Part shown: in pieces, positions 1 to 11,717 of the stretch
How positions within the stretch are numbered: the stretch's first letter is position 1
How the letters are laid out: each line of letters opens with the position of its first letter
Made by a program: the position numbers and the translations under genes
NCBI GenBank assembly: GCA_013265495.1
Contig: MU057991.1
Span: 186,001 to 250,000, forward strand
Length of the DNA stretch: 64,000 nt
Reading direction: 5' to 3'
From: Vicugna vicugna
Taxonomy: Eukaryota
Notes under the pieces: model-generated
Told to the model about the DNA's origin: nothing
Seen by the model: the letters and a program-made list of their open reading frames with translations, nothing else
Database searches by the model: none

Positions 1-1117
1 TTTTTTAATCAAATGTAATCCAAAAGAATCCACAAGGAACAAAAAAATCAAATTTTAGATAAGGCCAGGGCAGTCCAGAGCCATCCTGGAGCGGAGGCAA
101 GGGCTGAGCGCCCCCAGGACTCCTCCGAGAGGAGGGCTGAGAAGACCTAGGGGTCCAGGCTTCTCTTGGGCAGAGCATGCTGACCGGCGAAAGGACCTGT
201 GACCTCAGGATTCAGACTGTGTTTTATTAACCCGCACAGTTACGGTCTGTCTCTCCGTCTCTGGGGCTGAGCAGCATCCTTGGTGACCCCCTTGGACCTC
301 AGCGCCAACAGCACCCACCCCTGCTCCTCCCAGGGCTCCTGAGGTCCGGGAGGAATTGCACACACTTCTCTGGCCGGGGTCTGCAGCCCCCTGCCCTGAC
401 CCTGTGGTCCAGGACCCTGCAGGACCCTGCAGCTCCATGCGTCCCATCCCAGGAGGGCAGGCCTGGCTGCGTGCAGGGCCCTTCCCTCCCTCCTCTCATA
501 CCAGTGTCGGGAGTCCCGTTTGGATTCCTGGAGTCCTGCGTGCCCTTCACCTGCCTGGCTTTGTGGCCTTCCCACCGTCCCCGGGAGCATGAGGGGCGGT
601 GTCCCGGGTTTCGTCCTCGGCCCCTCTGTCCCCACAGTCTCCCACAGGCGCCCTGTGGGCTCGGGGCCCCCAGAACCCAGCTCTGGCTGGCCGCTTCCCG
701 CCTTGGAAGAAGCCTTGCAGTGAGCTCTGGGGCAGTGGGTGCATGTGTGCCTCAGGGTCTGCTCCCCCAGTCATCGCTTCTGTCACCTTGAGCCCTCCCT
801 GCAGGGTCCAGGGCCAAGCCCCATCTGGCTGGCTGGTATCTGCTGAGGGAGAAGTTTGGCGGGACGTACTGCAAAAGACTGATCATTTATTTCCAGGCGG
901 AGACGGGGAGTGCCTTAGGTTTTGTCTTTTCACGTATTCAGTATGTTTCCACCTTTTGGAGGTGGAGTTGACAGACTGCTGGTGGCAGGCATGTGAGCCG
1001 TGGCATCGAGCACCTGCACAGGGACGTGCTGCTACCTGCGCCCGGTTCCCCATGGGGCTGCGGGCGCATCTCAGAGCTACGGTGTGACACCCACGCTAGG
1101 CGGCGGACCCTGGAGCG

Positions 1118-1118
<1 letters not shown>

Positions 1119-1164
<46 letters not shown>

Positions 1165-1165
1165 C
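1119..1165. repeat. (GT)n(GC)n microsatellite
   Basis: Directly visible. Confidence 0.95.
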
Positions 1166-1639
1166 TCTGCCAGCTCATCACATGGTGGGTCCCTGTAACC
1201 ATCCGCACGTGACATTGCATACAGACATTGCCGTCACCGCCGAGGTCTCTCCCTGCTCAGGGTCACACCGCCTGCCTCCCCACCCTTGAGCCTGGCTCCC
1301 GCTGGTCTGCTCTCCCTGCCTGTGACTTTGTCACCTGAGGATGTTGTACAGATGGAACCACACGGTGTGTGACCTTTGGAACTCAGCCCGTTCATCACCC
1401 AGCTCTGTGCCCTGGGCCCTTCCAGGCTGCTGACCCCCACAGGCGTGGCTGGCCGGCCCGGCACGGGTGGGATGGCACGCATCCATTTGACCCCTCAGCT
1501 GCCAAAGGACATTTAGGTGTTTCCAGTTTGGACTGTTACATATACAGCTGCGTGAACCTGCAGGTGTGGGTTTGTATGTAGACGTTAATTTGCATGTTCT
1601 TGGATTGATGCTCAGGCGCGCCCTCATGGGTCATGGGTT

Positions 1640-1778
1640 TTATTTTTTTTAATTTATTAACTAGGAATGTTGATTGATTGATTGATTTACTTACTTAACT
1701 TAATGGAAGTACCGGGGATTGAACCCAGGACCTTGTACATGCTAAGCAGTTGCTCCACCACTGAGCTACGCCCTCCCC
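1640..1778 (-). mobile_element. tRNA-derived SINE (vic-1-like)
   Basis: ggggattgaacccaggacc...ccactgagctacgccctcccc. Confidence 0.8.
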
Positions 1779-2298
1779 TACTTTTTTTTTTTTTAAAGAA
1801 ACATCCAGACTGTTTTCCAGAGTGACCGTCTCAGCTCACGTTCCCATCAGCAGTGCGTGCGTGACCCAGTAGTTTTCTCTGCTTGCTCACCAGCACTTGG
1901 TCCTTGTCACTGCCTTTTTTTTTTTTAACCATTACTGTTGTAATAAACGTGTGGGGACATCTGGTTGTGGCTTTGTTTTGTGTTTCCCTGTTGGCTAATG
2001 ACGTCAAATGTCTTTTCAAGCCCTTATTTTCTGTCCGTGTGTTTCCTTCTTTGGTGAAATGCCTCTTGTGTCTTTTGTCTGCTTTCTGATTGAATTTCGT
2101 ATTTTTCTGTTTGCCAGTTAAGCCTGTGATCCATTCTGAGTTAGTTTTTTGAAGTAAAGTGTGCGGTTTGGGTCCAGGTTTATGTATTTACTTTCGCTGG
2201 TGGCTCTCCTAGGAGTGGCTCCAGCACCGTGTGTTGAAAGGCTGTGCTTCTCCCATTGACTTGCTGTGGCACTTTGTCAGAAATCACTTGCCCGTGGA

Positions 2299-2430
2299 GG
2301 GGAGGGCACAGCTCAGGTGGCAGAGCACGTGCTTACACGCATGAGGTCCTGGGTTCAATCCCCAGTCCCTCCTCTAAAAATACACATAAATAAAGCTTAA
2401 CACTTCTCCCTCAAAAACACAAAAAACAAA
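2299..2430 (+). mobile_element. tRNA-derived SINE (vic-1-like, camelid)
   Basis: ggggagggcacagctcaggtggcagagcac...gaggtcctgggttcaatcccc with A/B boxes and an A-rich tail. Confidence 0.8.
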
Positions 2431-3157
2431 AACCTACCGCCGCCAGCAACCAAAAACTCAGTTGCCCGTACTTGCGTGAGGCTGTTTCTGGGCTCTGTGT
2501 CCTGTTCCCTTGATCCGTGCGTCTGTCCCTGGTGCCAAGACCACAATGTCTGGGGTGTAATTAGATAGTAAGTCACTGGCGGGGTGATTCCTCTCACCTG
2601 ATTTCTTTTTAAGAAAAGAAGCTATTCTGATCCCTTTGCCAGTCCATTTAATGTTTAGAATAAGCTTGTCTTTCTACAGAAAAAAAAAACCCTGCTAGGG
2701 TTTGAGGGGAAGGACGTTAAACCTGTGTCCATCGGGGGGTGAGGGAGAACTGACGTCCTCAGCGTGCTGAGTCTTCTGATGCCCGGTGGCTCTCCTGTCC
2801 TTTGACGGCTCTCACTGGCGTTTTATGGCTTTCAGCCTACGCGTCCTTGTGCACACTTTGTTAGACTGACTAGTGTTTCGCTGTCTCGGTGACTGTAAAT
2901 GGTGCCCTGTCTTCATTCTGGTCTTCACGTGCTCATAGTTCAGTCTGAGGAAATACGGTTGGTTTTTACGGAGTGTCTCGGACCCTGTGACCTTGTGGAG
3001 CTCGCCCATCCTTCCTAGGGTTTTCTTCTCCCGTCAGGATTCTCTGTGGAGGCTGTCATACCGTCTGCAGATTCTCGGGCAGTTTCGTTTCTGTCTGGCT
3101 GATCTGTTTTTCCTTTCCTTCCCTTCCCCTTCCCCTTCCCCCTCCCCTCTCCCCTTC

Positions 3158-3223
3158 NNNNNNNNNNNNNNNNNNNNNNNNNNNNNNNNNNNNNNNNNNN
3201 NNNNNNNNNNNNNNNNNNNNNNN
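3158..3223. other. Assembly gap (66 N) within a (CCCTT/CCCCT)n tract
   Basis: Run of n characters. Confidence 1.
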
Positions 3224-4508
3224 CCCTCCCCTCCCCTCCCCTCCTCTCCTCTCCTCTCCTTTCCTCCTCGCCCTGGCTGGGGGGCTCTAGCTCTGTGTTG
3301 AATGGGAGGGTGAGGCGGACACCGCTGACTGTGCAGATGCAGAGGGTCCGCATTCAGTCTGTCACCGCCGAGCGCGCTGTCAGCTGTCGGTGCTCAGTAG
3401 ACGCTCCTCCCCAAGCTGGGGAGGCTCCCCTCCAGTCCTGGTTGTCCGATCGTGTGTATCAGGAATGGACGCTGAACTTTGTGCAGTGCTTCTTCTGCAT
3501 CAGTTGATATGACCATGGGGGATTCCGTGTGGTGGTGACTACAGTTGTAATACAACGAATTGCACTGATGTTCAAATACCTCAGCAGCCTTGTGTGTCTT
3601 GGAACAGTCATGTTGCAAACCTTTATCTATATATTGCTAAACTCTTTCTGCTGGACAAAAAGTCCTTAGGATTTTTTCATCAATATTCGCAACAGGTATT
3701 GCTTCAAAGATTGCTTTCCTTTTTTTTTTTTCTTACTGTCTCAGTCTGGTTTGGGGATCAGGTTAACGCTGACTTTATAAAGTGAGTTGGGAAGTGTTGC
3801 CTCCCCGTCTATTTTCTAGAAGCTATCGTACAGAACTTTTGTTAATTTTTATTTCAGCGTTTGGTAGAATTCTCTGGTGAAATCGTCTCAGCCTGGGGAT
3901 CACTTTTCCACGAATGTTAAAACCATGAGTTCAATTCCTTTAGCAGTCACAGGGCTGTTCTGATTACCGTCCCTGCTGGGTGAGCTGCAGTGGTCTGCGT
4001 GTTTCAGGGAGCAGGTCACCGATCCGAGCTGTAAGATTCACACCGTGCTGCTGGTCATGGTGTTTCCCACCCTCTTCGTGTCTGCAGGGTCGGTAGTAAA
4101 GTGACGTTTCTTTCCTGAACTTGTTAGTGTCTTTCTCTGTTTTTCTTTGTCACGCTTCCTAGAGACCTATTGATTTCATCAGTATTTTCAAAGAACCAGG
4201 TTCATCGCTGTGTGCCGGACACCGTCCACTGCTCACGTGTGGGGCCCGGAAACCCTCCGCACGGCGCCACCACTCAGGTGCCGTGTAGCCCCACTTACAG
4301 ATGCGGGAGCCCAGACACCGATGACGAGATGACTCACCTGGGATCTCACCGCCAGCAGGTGGTGGAGCCGCAGCTGCATCTCAGATCCCCACGCCAGGCC
4401 CCCAGACTCTGCAGTGGGCGAGCATCCAGAAGGAGGGACCACAGAGTTCTTGCCTTTGGTAAGTGGAGTGTGTGACAACATTCCTTCCTTCCTTCCCGTG
4501 ATGGGCAG

Positions 4509-4700
4509 CAGAGGGGCTTGAGAAAGCCTCGGAAAAACTCAGACACCGCTCATCTTTTTCTGCAGACGTGCTCTGCACCACCCCCAGGACACACGTCAGC
4601 AGGTACATCGGCCGCCTCCTGGAAGCCCGCCGGGTGGAGCTGGGGATGGAGGACCTGAGCGGCTTCACGCTGAAGTACAGGCAGGCTGGGCGAGGGGGAG
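4509..4700 (+). pseudogene. ADCY1: ADCY1 pseudo-exon 9
   Basis: QRGLR-ASEKLRHRSSFSADVLCTTPRTHVSRYIGRLLEARRVELGMEDLSGFTLKY (cf. RRALRTASEKLRNRSSFS...NRYISRLLEARQTELEMADLNFFTLKY). A 1-nt loss near 4525 puts TGA 4656-4658 in frame; a further 2-nt loss occurs near the donor. Confidence 0.88.
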
Positions 4701-4886
4701 GTAGGTGCCGGGGTGGGGTACCGGTGGGAGTCGGGGTGGCGGGAGGCTGGGGCCCTGGGACGTCCTGAGAACGTGGGTGCGGCCATTCTCAAGGCTGCAG
4801 TGGTTCTGGGCATCCTCGGCACCCTTGGGGAGAGCCTGGTGTCTCCGGGAAGCCAGGGCCACTGACGGGGGATTCCTGTCTTGCGG

Positions 4887-4983
4887 TGCCACCAGCTTCA
4901 GGGCGATGTTCCACCAGCGCCGTCGCCCTGGGCCTGATTGTGGCCGCCTCCCTCGGCCTCGTCTACCTGCTGATAACCCCGCA
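4887..4983 (+). pseudogene. ADCY1: ADCY1 pseudo-exon 10
   Basis: CHQLQG..STSAVALGLIVAASLGLVYLLITP (cf. YHQLQDEYFTSAVVLTLILAALFGLVYLLIFP); acceptor is cgg not cag; 1-nt deletion near 4906; gtaagt donor. Confidence 0.88.
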
Positions 4984-5881
4984 GTAAGTGCTGTTCTGGG
5001 TCCGTCGGTCAGAGGGCACCACGAGTCCCTTGCCTGTCAAGTTCAGGTTTCACTCCCGCAGTCACTCCCACGGTGCCCTGCCTCTGGGGCCAGCCTGAGC
5101 CACACGCCAGCTCTCCACTTCCCGGAGGGACTGGCTGTGTGAGCCTGCTGGCCGCTGTGCGGGCAGTTCCTTCTCAGCTTTTAATTTTAAATGGACTCAA
5201 TTCTGAGAGCGCTCCGTCCACAGCACACGCACCGTTGGTTTCCGCGTGCTTGTCGCCCAATTTCCCGAAACATTAAAATGAGAAAAAGCAGGCTCTGGGA
5301 AGGGGCACAGATATGATAATTTAAATAACGTTTAATCATTACGAGTCCAAGTGAGTTTGGCAGTGTTTGTTTTTAAGTAAGAAAGACCCCAGAAAATCTC
5401 CACTTTTTTCCCAGACATGCCGCTTTCTTAATAAACCTCCCGAGTGGAGTGACTCCTGGGAGTTTGCAGGAAACGTGTGGAAGCCACCCCCAGCCCCAGA
5501 CACCGGGCTCATAGAGGCCGTCTGCATGGCCCTACCTGGGGATCCAAGTTTTTCTAGGAAAGCCCTTTCCAGATGAGGCCCAGGCAGAGGACAGTGCCCG
5601 GCAGCCAGGTCTGTGCAGCTCTCGGCCTTCCTGCATGAGGAGAGCACCTCTCAGGCGCTCCCAGGGCTGGAGAGACCCTAGGGTGGCGGGGAGGTGAGGG
5701 GGGGCACAGGAGGGGCTCCTCTGTGAGAAGAGGACCAGCACGGGCAGCCCCCCAGAGGCCGCTGCTGCCTCCCTGGGGCTGGGACCCGGGTGGGGCAGGG
5801 GAGGGAGGGCGGGGCCCCGGGCATCCTCTGGGCACAGCTCACCCGGCCCAGCCCGCAGGGACTGTGTGTTGTCTGTCCTAG

Positions 5882-6023
5882 GGGTGTGGCTGCCTGCTCC
5901 TGCTGGTGTTCTGCATCTGCTTCCTGGTGTCCTGTGTCCTGTACCTGCTCATCCTCTGCTCCAGCCGTGTGTGTGTGTGTATGTGTGTGCGCGCGCTCCT
6001 TACCTGCTCATCACCTGGTCCAG
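5882..6023 (+). pseudogene. ADCY1: ADCY1 pseudo-exon 11, with internal repeat expansion
   Basis: LLLLVFCICFLVSCVLYLLI (cf. LLLLVFCICFLVACVLYLHITRVQ); 1-nt deletion near 5892; exon end repeated with (GT)n. Confidence 0.88.
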
Positions 6024-8109
6024 GTGTGTGTGTGTGTGTGTGTGTCCCTGTACCTGCCGATCACCTGAGCAGGCGGGTGCGTGGCCTCTGCCTGCCCTCT
6101 TGGCGGGACAGGGGGAGGCAGTTTGTCCCTCGCCCTCCTGGCAGGTGAAGAGCTGTCCATGGGGGAGAAGCTCACTAGGCCCATCCCGTGCGGGTGCCGT
6201 GTGGAGTTCTGGGCCGTGCCGTGTAGACACAGGGGTGGATGTGGATGGTGACTGAGTGAATGAACACAAGGAGTGACGCTGTTCTTTCCAAGAGGAGGGC
6301 CCTGTGCCCCGTCGGGTGACCGTGCCGCAGACGGGGGCCTCCGCACCCTCGAGGACTCCTCGTTGGCTCTGGAGCCAGGGTTGAGCCCGTGGCCCGGTGC
6401 TGCCCGAGGCTCCCGGGAGGGGGCTCTGTCCTTGTCCTGCACACCTTCCACACCTCCTGAACCTCCTTTTCCGAATGTCCCGTTTCCCCACTACGCCCCC
6501 AGTTGGCACATCTGACAGACCCAGGGTTTTCTTTGTACAGTTGTTGAAAAGAGCTACTCGAGAAGGCTGAATCTAGTTTCATTTACTTAAATTCTTTCTT
6601 ATTCACAGGTACCCTCTTGATTGAAGTTGAGAGAAAAATGCCGTTTGAATAAACAGCCACAGTGCGGCTCTTTGATTTCATAGATGGAGCGGCCTCGGGT
6701 TCAGTCAGCTGAGATTTCCCGCTTCAGGTAACCCGGCTTTATTCACCTGATGTCAGCTGAAAGCACAGCAAGTAGATGCTGGCTTTTAAGGCCTGTCACC
6801 CTCGTCCCCAGTGCTGGGGACCCGTGTGCCCGGTGGACGAACGGTTCTCCTGCTGGAGGGGCCCGGGCTCCGCCAGCCCCGTTCTTTCTGAACGTCCACT
6901 CGCCCTCCTCGCCCTCCCTCATCGGCCTGCGCGTTGTCCCCGGTGGCGGGGCAGGAGGCCGCCCGGGCGGAGCGCACGGTCCCCACGGCAGGCGGCTTCA
7001 GTCCACCCGGCCGGCGCGTGCCTGTTCAGGGGCGGCCCACATGCTCAGACACTGCCCTCCCCAGGCCCTGGACGTGGCAGCGGGGCTCTGAGCTCACCAC
7101 AGGGCTTGTGCGGAAGGCTGTGGGGCCCGGCGACGGGAGGCGCGTGGTCGGCAGGACCCGGCTGGGGAGGAGGGGGGCCGGCAGGCGGGCAGAGCTGTCC
7201 TGCAGGGCCCAGCGCGCACGGAGGGAGGCGGGTGCCGGGGGCACGGCTGTGCCCGCGGCTGGGTTAGGTCCACTGCAGCCGCGCGTCCTGAGAAGGCCTG
7301 GGAGTCACAGACGGCCTTCCTCTGTGCCATAGGAGTGGCCACAGCCAGGGCGTCAGGGCCGGCGTGGCAGCTCCAGGACCACCTGGGCCCTTCACCCACC
7401 CCACTGGCTCCCTCGTCACCAGGGGCTGCCAGCTCCAGGGCCTTTGTGAAAGGGACGGGAATCAGAGCTGATGTTCACAAAGGCCTGGGAGCGGGGCCTG
7501 GGACACCACTGGCTCCACTGAACATTCTTAGAACAAGAGGAGGGGCTGGTGAAGCAGAGGCGTGGGATCCGTGTCGGTCCCGCAGGCCAGGTCGCTGTGA
7601 CCAGAGGAGGCGCTCTGCGGGACTGGGGGCGGAGGGCGCGGGAGCAGGCGGCTGGAGGGTCCGCGGTGAGGGCTGGAACGGGGCAGGGCGGCCCCGAGCA
7701 GACGCGAGGGCCCAGCTGAGGCTGGGCGGCCTGCCGAGGGCGCGCCTGCGGCCGTGCTGGCCCTGGGTAGGCACGTGGAGGGACCAGGGCTGAGCGGGCG
7801 GGGCGGGGGAGGAGGAGCGGTGAGGAGGGCGCCAGAGGGGCGCACACTGGACTGGCCCCTGGGCACCTGCAGGTTCAGGTGCGCTTCGCTCTCGGGGGCG
7901 CCAGGCCTCCCTGGTTCCCGGGGACACGAGCGTGGTGTGACTGGGACGGCAGCCCCCTCATCTTTCCCCCCCAGGCCCGATGCTCATGGTCATATTTCAG
8001 CCTCATTTTCCCATCTCCTGTCCCAGTCACCCCTTTGTGGTTTTCTGAGCAAAGGCAGAGGGGATCCTTCAGGAGGGTGAGTCCTAACTCGGGCTTCCTC
8101 CCCTCCCTG

Positions 8110-8626
8110 TGTTACCGAGTCCAGACTCGTTCCTGCTTGCCGCACGACAGGCCAGTAAATCGGAAGACGAGGTGTTGGGGCAAGGAATAGCGACTGTATT
8201 TGGGAAGCCAGCAGACGGACAGGATGGCAGACTGCTGTCCTGGAGAACCATCTTCCCCAAGTCAGAATCCAGGCTCCTTTGATACTAAAAAGGGGAGGGG
8301 GTGTGGTTGGCTGTTGCAAACTTCTCTGTGCAGGAATCCTTTGTTTCTGCAGCTGTCCCGGGGCCAGGTCACGGTGCCTCTGCAAACCTCCAGCAAAACA
8401 AAGGTTATTTTCTGTTCTGCAACTTGTTACCTTTATAGGAGTGCGAAGGTGTCAACATCCTTCAAGGGCAGAGCCCCGACGGGCTGTCCTGTCTGTTTCA
8501 GGCTAAAGGCAACGCTGTTTCAAAAAAGGTGCAGAGTCCGCAAGACTGAACCCAGAAAACAGGGCACAGGGTTAAAGCCAAGGGAACAGGTCTCCCGTGG
8601 AGTCAGGTTTGTCCTTTTCTGTTACA
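8110..8626 (-). mobile_element. ERV1-type solo LTR, family B
   Basis: TG...CA ends, 4-bp TSD cctg; homologous to 38652-39150. Confidence 0.88.
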
Positions 8627-10523
8627 CCTGCTGCCCTGCAGGGCTGGCCCCCCAGCCCTCCCCACCCTGGACCCCGAGCGCCGCCTGCAGGGGGTGGGGA
8701 GGCAGGGAGGGGGTGTGCAGCGCTGGTGAGATAAACTAGACACGGCTGATGGATGGACGGTGACTGGAAAGTCAGAAAACCTCTAGGTTTTCCCTCGTTG
8801 GGGCGGGAGAGGGAGCCTCAGCAGAGGGCGGTGACCCTGGAGACAAACCCAGCCGCTCCTGGTCCCCGTGTTACAGCGTGTCCTACCTCGGCCCCAGGGG
8901 CTCCCGCGGTGTATGTGTGTGGGACTGAGTTCATTTGTGTAGCATAGATGAAGTCAGTGTTTTTTAAATTTCAAATTGCAACTCACTAGGGCTGTAAATT
9001 TTTTTTTTTTTTGGTGAGTTGTGAACAAAAGCAATGGAATAGGAATGGATGAAAATGTGAGTCAGTGTCAGTCACCCACAGGGTGTCCTGGAATCTGCTC
9101 CAGCTGTGTGTCTCTGTGTGACTGTGATCTACAGCATGGTTCTTGGCTTGTCGCCCGGCTGGAAGCCTCTGAATGCCCTGCGCCCCCCCCCCCCACGGGA
9201 GCAGGTGGTCCAGGGAGCCGGGCCTCCCTTCTCCCGGCTCCCAGCACACGCAGGGCAGGAGCCCAGCCGGCCAAGCGGAGACGGGCGTGCTTATGCGGTC
9301 GTCCCATTTGCCTATGCTGTTCAGAGTCCACGGCCACAGGCCTCGGGCACAGGGGGGCCGTCGCTCAGCGGCCACCTGCCTCTCCCGACCGTTTGGCGCA
9401 GCTGCGGTTTCTTCGTGTCGTGTCCCGGTCACGGCACACTCCACAGCTTCTCTCCCTGCAGGGCTCAGGCTCTCGCTCCCGATTTGCCCTGCGTCCCCCT
9501 GCCTTGTGGCCTCGTCCTGTTGGGGTCCTTCGTGAAATTCAGCGCCGGCGGTGAACGGGCCTCTGGCCGTGGGGTCCAGGACGCCTACCCTGACATTGCC
9601 GCCGAGTCGCCTTGAGACAGTGACAGCGAGCTTTGAGGACGTTGCAACAGCTCACACCCCACTGGGCTGCCTTTAACTAACTGTGGGCCCCATTCTGCGG
9701 GCGTTCTCCATTGTTCATGTCCGACCAGCTGCCTTTTTTTGGTGTTGTGACAAATTAGTCCTCGAGCCGTCACTTGGTCTGCATGCGCGCCCGTCTCGGC
9801 CCCCTGTGTGAGCTGAGCAGCCCGCCCTGTGTCCCGGTCTGCGGAGGGAGGGAGTGAGGCTGGTGGGGTCTGGGCCCCGGTTCCTGACCTGCAGAGCAGG
9901 GAGTGTAATGACCCCGACTCCACGGATAACCGAGTACGTGGCCCAGGGCACCCTCACCCTCGCTCGGGGGTGCTTTCTGTGAGTCCCGCGGTCTCTGTTT
10001 TTCTTTCCGTTTCCAATGTCAGAAGTGTGATTCTAGGACCTTCCGACTTCATCCATGAAATCATCTGTTGAGTGTTGCAAAAATGTATTTAAATAGGCTT
10101 CAAGTAAAATTTCTAGTAACTTAACAAAAGTTGTATAAAGCCTGTGTGAAGAAAGTGATAAAACCTAACGTGTCCACAAGAAGAAACAAATAAAGGGGAA
10201 TTTTACCATTTCTGAGACAGAAGGGCGCAACAGAATGAAAGTGTCAAGTTAATCTACTCAGGGAATTTCGGTGCCAGTCAGTGTCACGGGGCGGAGCGGA
10301 TGTGGGAGGCGCTGCTCTCTTCAATTTAAAGATGTCACTTTTCAGGTTTCAAATTTTGGCAGTGTTTTCACCTGGAAGGTTAATTATATGAAAACAGTCA
10401 GAAAACGTGTGGCGGATGAGAGCGTTCTGATGCTTCTCGCTGTTCTGTGCTGTGAATGGTCTACTGTGGCCACCAACGACTTTGTAAAAGAGGCTGTGTT
10501 TTCAATAGCGTTTTATGGTTCAG

Positions 10524-10613
10524 TGTTTTGCAGGGTGCCTGGCGATTCAGACCCGCACCGTCCTGTGCATCTTCATAGTGGTCTGAGTCTGCTCCGTGGC
10601 CCCAGGATGTGCG
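10524..10613 (+). pseudogene. ADCY1: ADCY1 pseudo-exon 12 with in-frame stop
   Basis: CFAGCLAIQTRTVLCIFIVV*VCSVAPGCA (cf. CFPGCLTIQIRTVLCIFIVVLIYSVAQGCV); TGA 10584-10586; cag/gtgag boundaries. Confidence 0.92.
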
Positions 10614-11074
10614 GTGAGCATGTCTGCAGGGGCAGGGCGTGGTGGGAGCCGTGAGGTGCAGGGATGAGGGGCACCTGCAGGAGCCGCACTGGAGGTCTGA
10701 CCCTAGGGTGGCGAGGGGTCAGAGATGGGCCTGGGGTGCCCCAGGAAGCCAGGGCAAGGAGGACGTCACCCGGGGGGGAGATGTGATCGGCCCTACGTGG
10801 TGTGCCGGGGACAGGAGCCGGGCAGAGAGATAGGACGGAGAGGTGGTAGGGAGGAAGAGGATGGACCTAAGTGGTTTAGGAGGATGGCAGGGGCCTCGTG
10901 CCCCCCAGCCCAGGACCTGGGGCTCCGCTTCTGGTAGTGAGGGGCCTTGAAGGGCCACGAGCAGGCGGGAGTGTCCGAGGCCCAGCTGGTGGCACTGGCG
11001 GAGTGGGTGGAGCGGGAAGCTGGAGAGGGCGGGGGAGCAGGGGGTGCTGGGTGGGGCCCCTCCGTCCCCTCCAG

Positions 11075-11328
11075 GTGGGCCGCCTGCCCTGGGCCTGGGG
11101 CTCCAGCCCCAACGTGTCCCTGGTGGTCCTGCCGTCTGGGGGCCGCGCCCCAGTGCTGCCCGCCCCACCCTGCGAGTCTGCACCGACGCCCTGCTTTGGG
11201 GCCTCGCGGGCACCCTCCCGCTGGCCACACTCCTGCGGGTCTCCTCCTTGTCCAGAGTGATCCTGCTCACGTGCTCACCGCGTCCTGCTCCTGGTCCTGG
11301 AGTCCAGCGGGCACACGAAGGCCGTGGG
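11075..11328 (+). pseudogene. ADCY1: ADCY1 pseudo-exon 13
   Basis: VGRLPWAWGSSPNVSLVVLPSGG...PCESA / ALLWGLAGTLPLATLLRVSSLSRVILL / LVLESSGHTKA, spread over different frames; donor appears to be gc; 3' boundary approximate. Confidence 0.88.
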
Positions 11329-11589
11329 GCAGGCCCGTGGGCGGGCGTGCGAACCGCCGCCCGGGAGGCCCTGTGTTCCGGTCTGTGGCTAGAAGCTCGT
11401 TAGTGCCAGGCGTCACCCCCTCTTCACTTGGGCGCCAGTTCCAGCAGGTCCTTGGGCTTCTCCGGGAGGTGTGGCTCTCAGCCCGGGTCGGTCCCAGGCG
11501 CCTCTGGGGGAGTCGCGTCTGAGGGGCCCTCCGTGCACGGGCCCTGTGTTCTGGGCACTGACGTGGGTTTTCCTCCTCCTCCTCCCCAG

Positions 11590-11717
11590 CGGGCGGCAGC
11601 GCCTCCAGGCGCAGCTTCGAGCCGATCGTGGCCGTCCTGCTGTTCTCACGCGCGCTGGCCCCGCGCAGCCGGCTGGTGGACGTCAAGCTGCGGCCGGACT
11701 GCGTCTGGGCCACGCGG
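11590..11717 (+). pseudogene. ADCY1: ADCY1 pseudo-exon 14
   Basis: SRRSFEPIVAVLLFSRALAPRSRLVDVKLRPDCVWATR (cf. SGRSYEPIVAILLFSCALALHARQVDIRLRLDYLWAAQ); donor gcagga. Confidence 0.88.

Larger units (their letters stand above)
1300..4200 (-). mobile_element. Old L1 fragments (ORF2/3' end), antisense, interrupted by SINEs
   Basis: ggacatttaggtgtttccagttt, ccagcaccgtgtgttgaaagg, gagttgggaagtgtt...tctattttct, tggtagaattctctggtgaaat motifs. Confidence 0.65.

Noticed and set aside
2299..2372. tRNA gene-like sequence with A and B boxes
   Set aside because: One of five diverged copies with shared AT-rich tails, so it is a SINE head rather than a tRNA gene.
6800..7950. CpG island as the promoter of a separate gene
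   Set aside because: No associated exon or ORF evidence; better explained by regional GC enrichment inside an ADCY1 intron.
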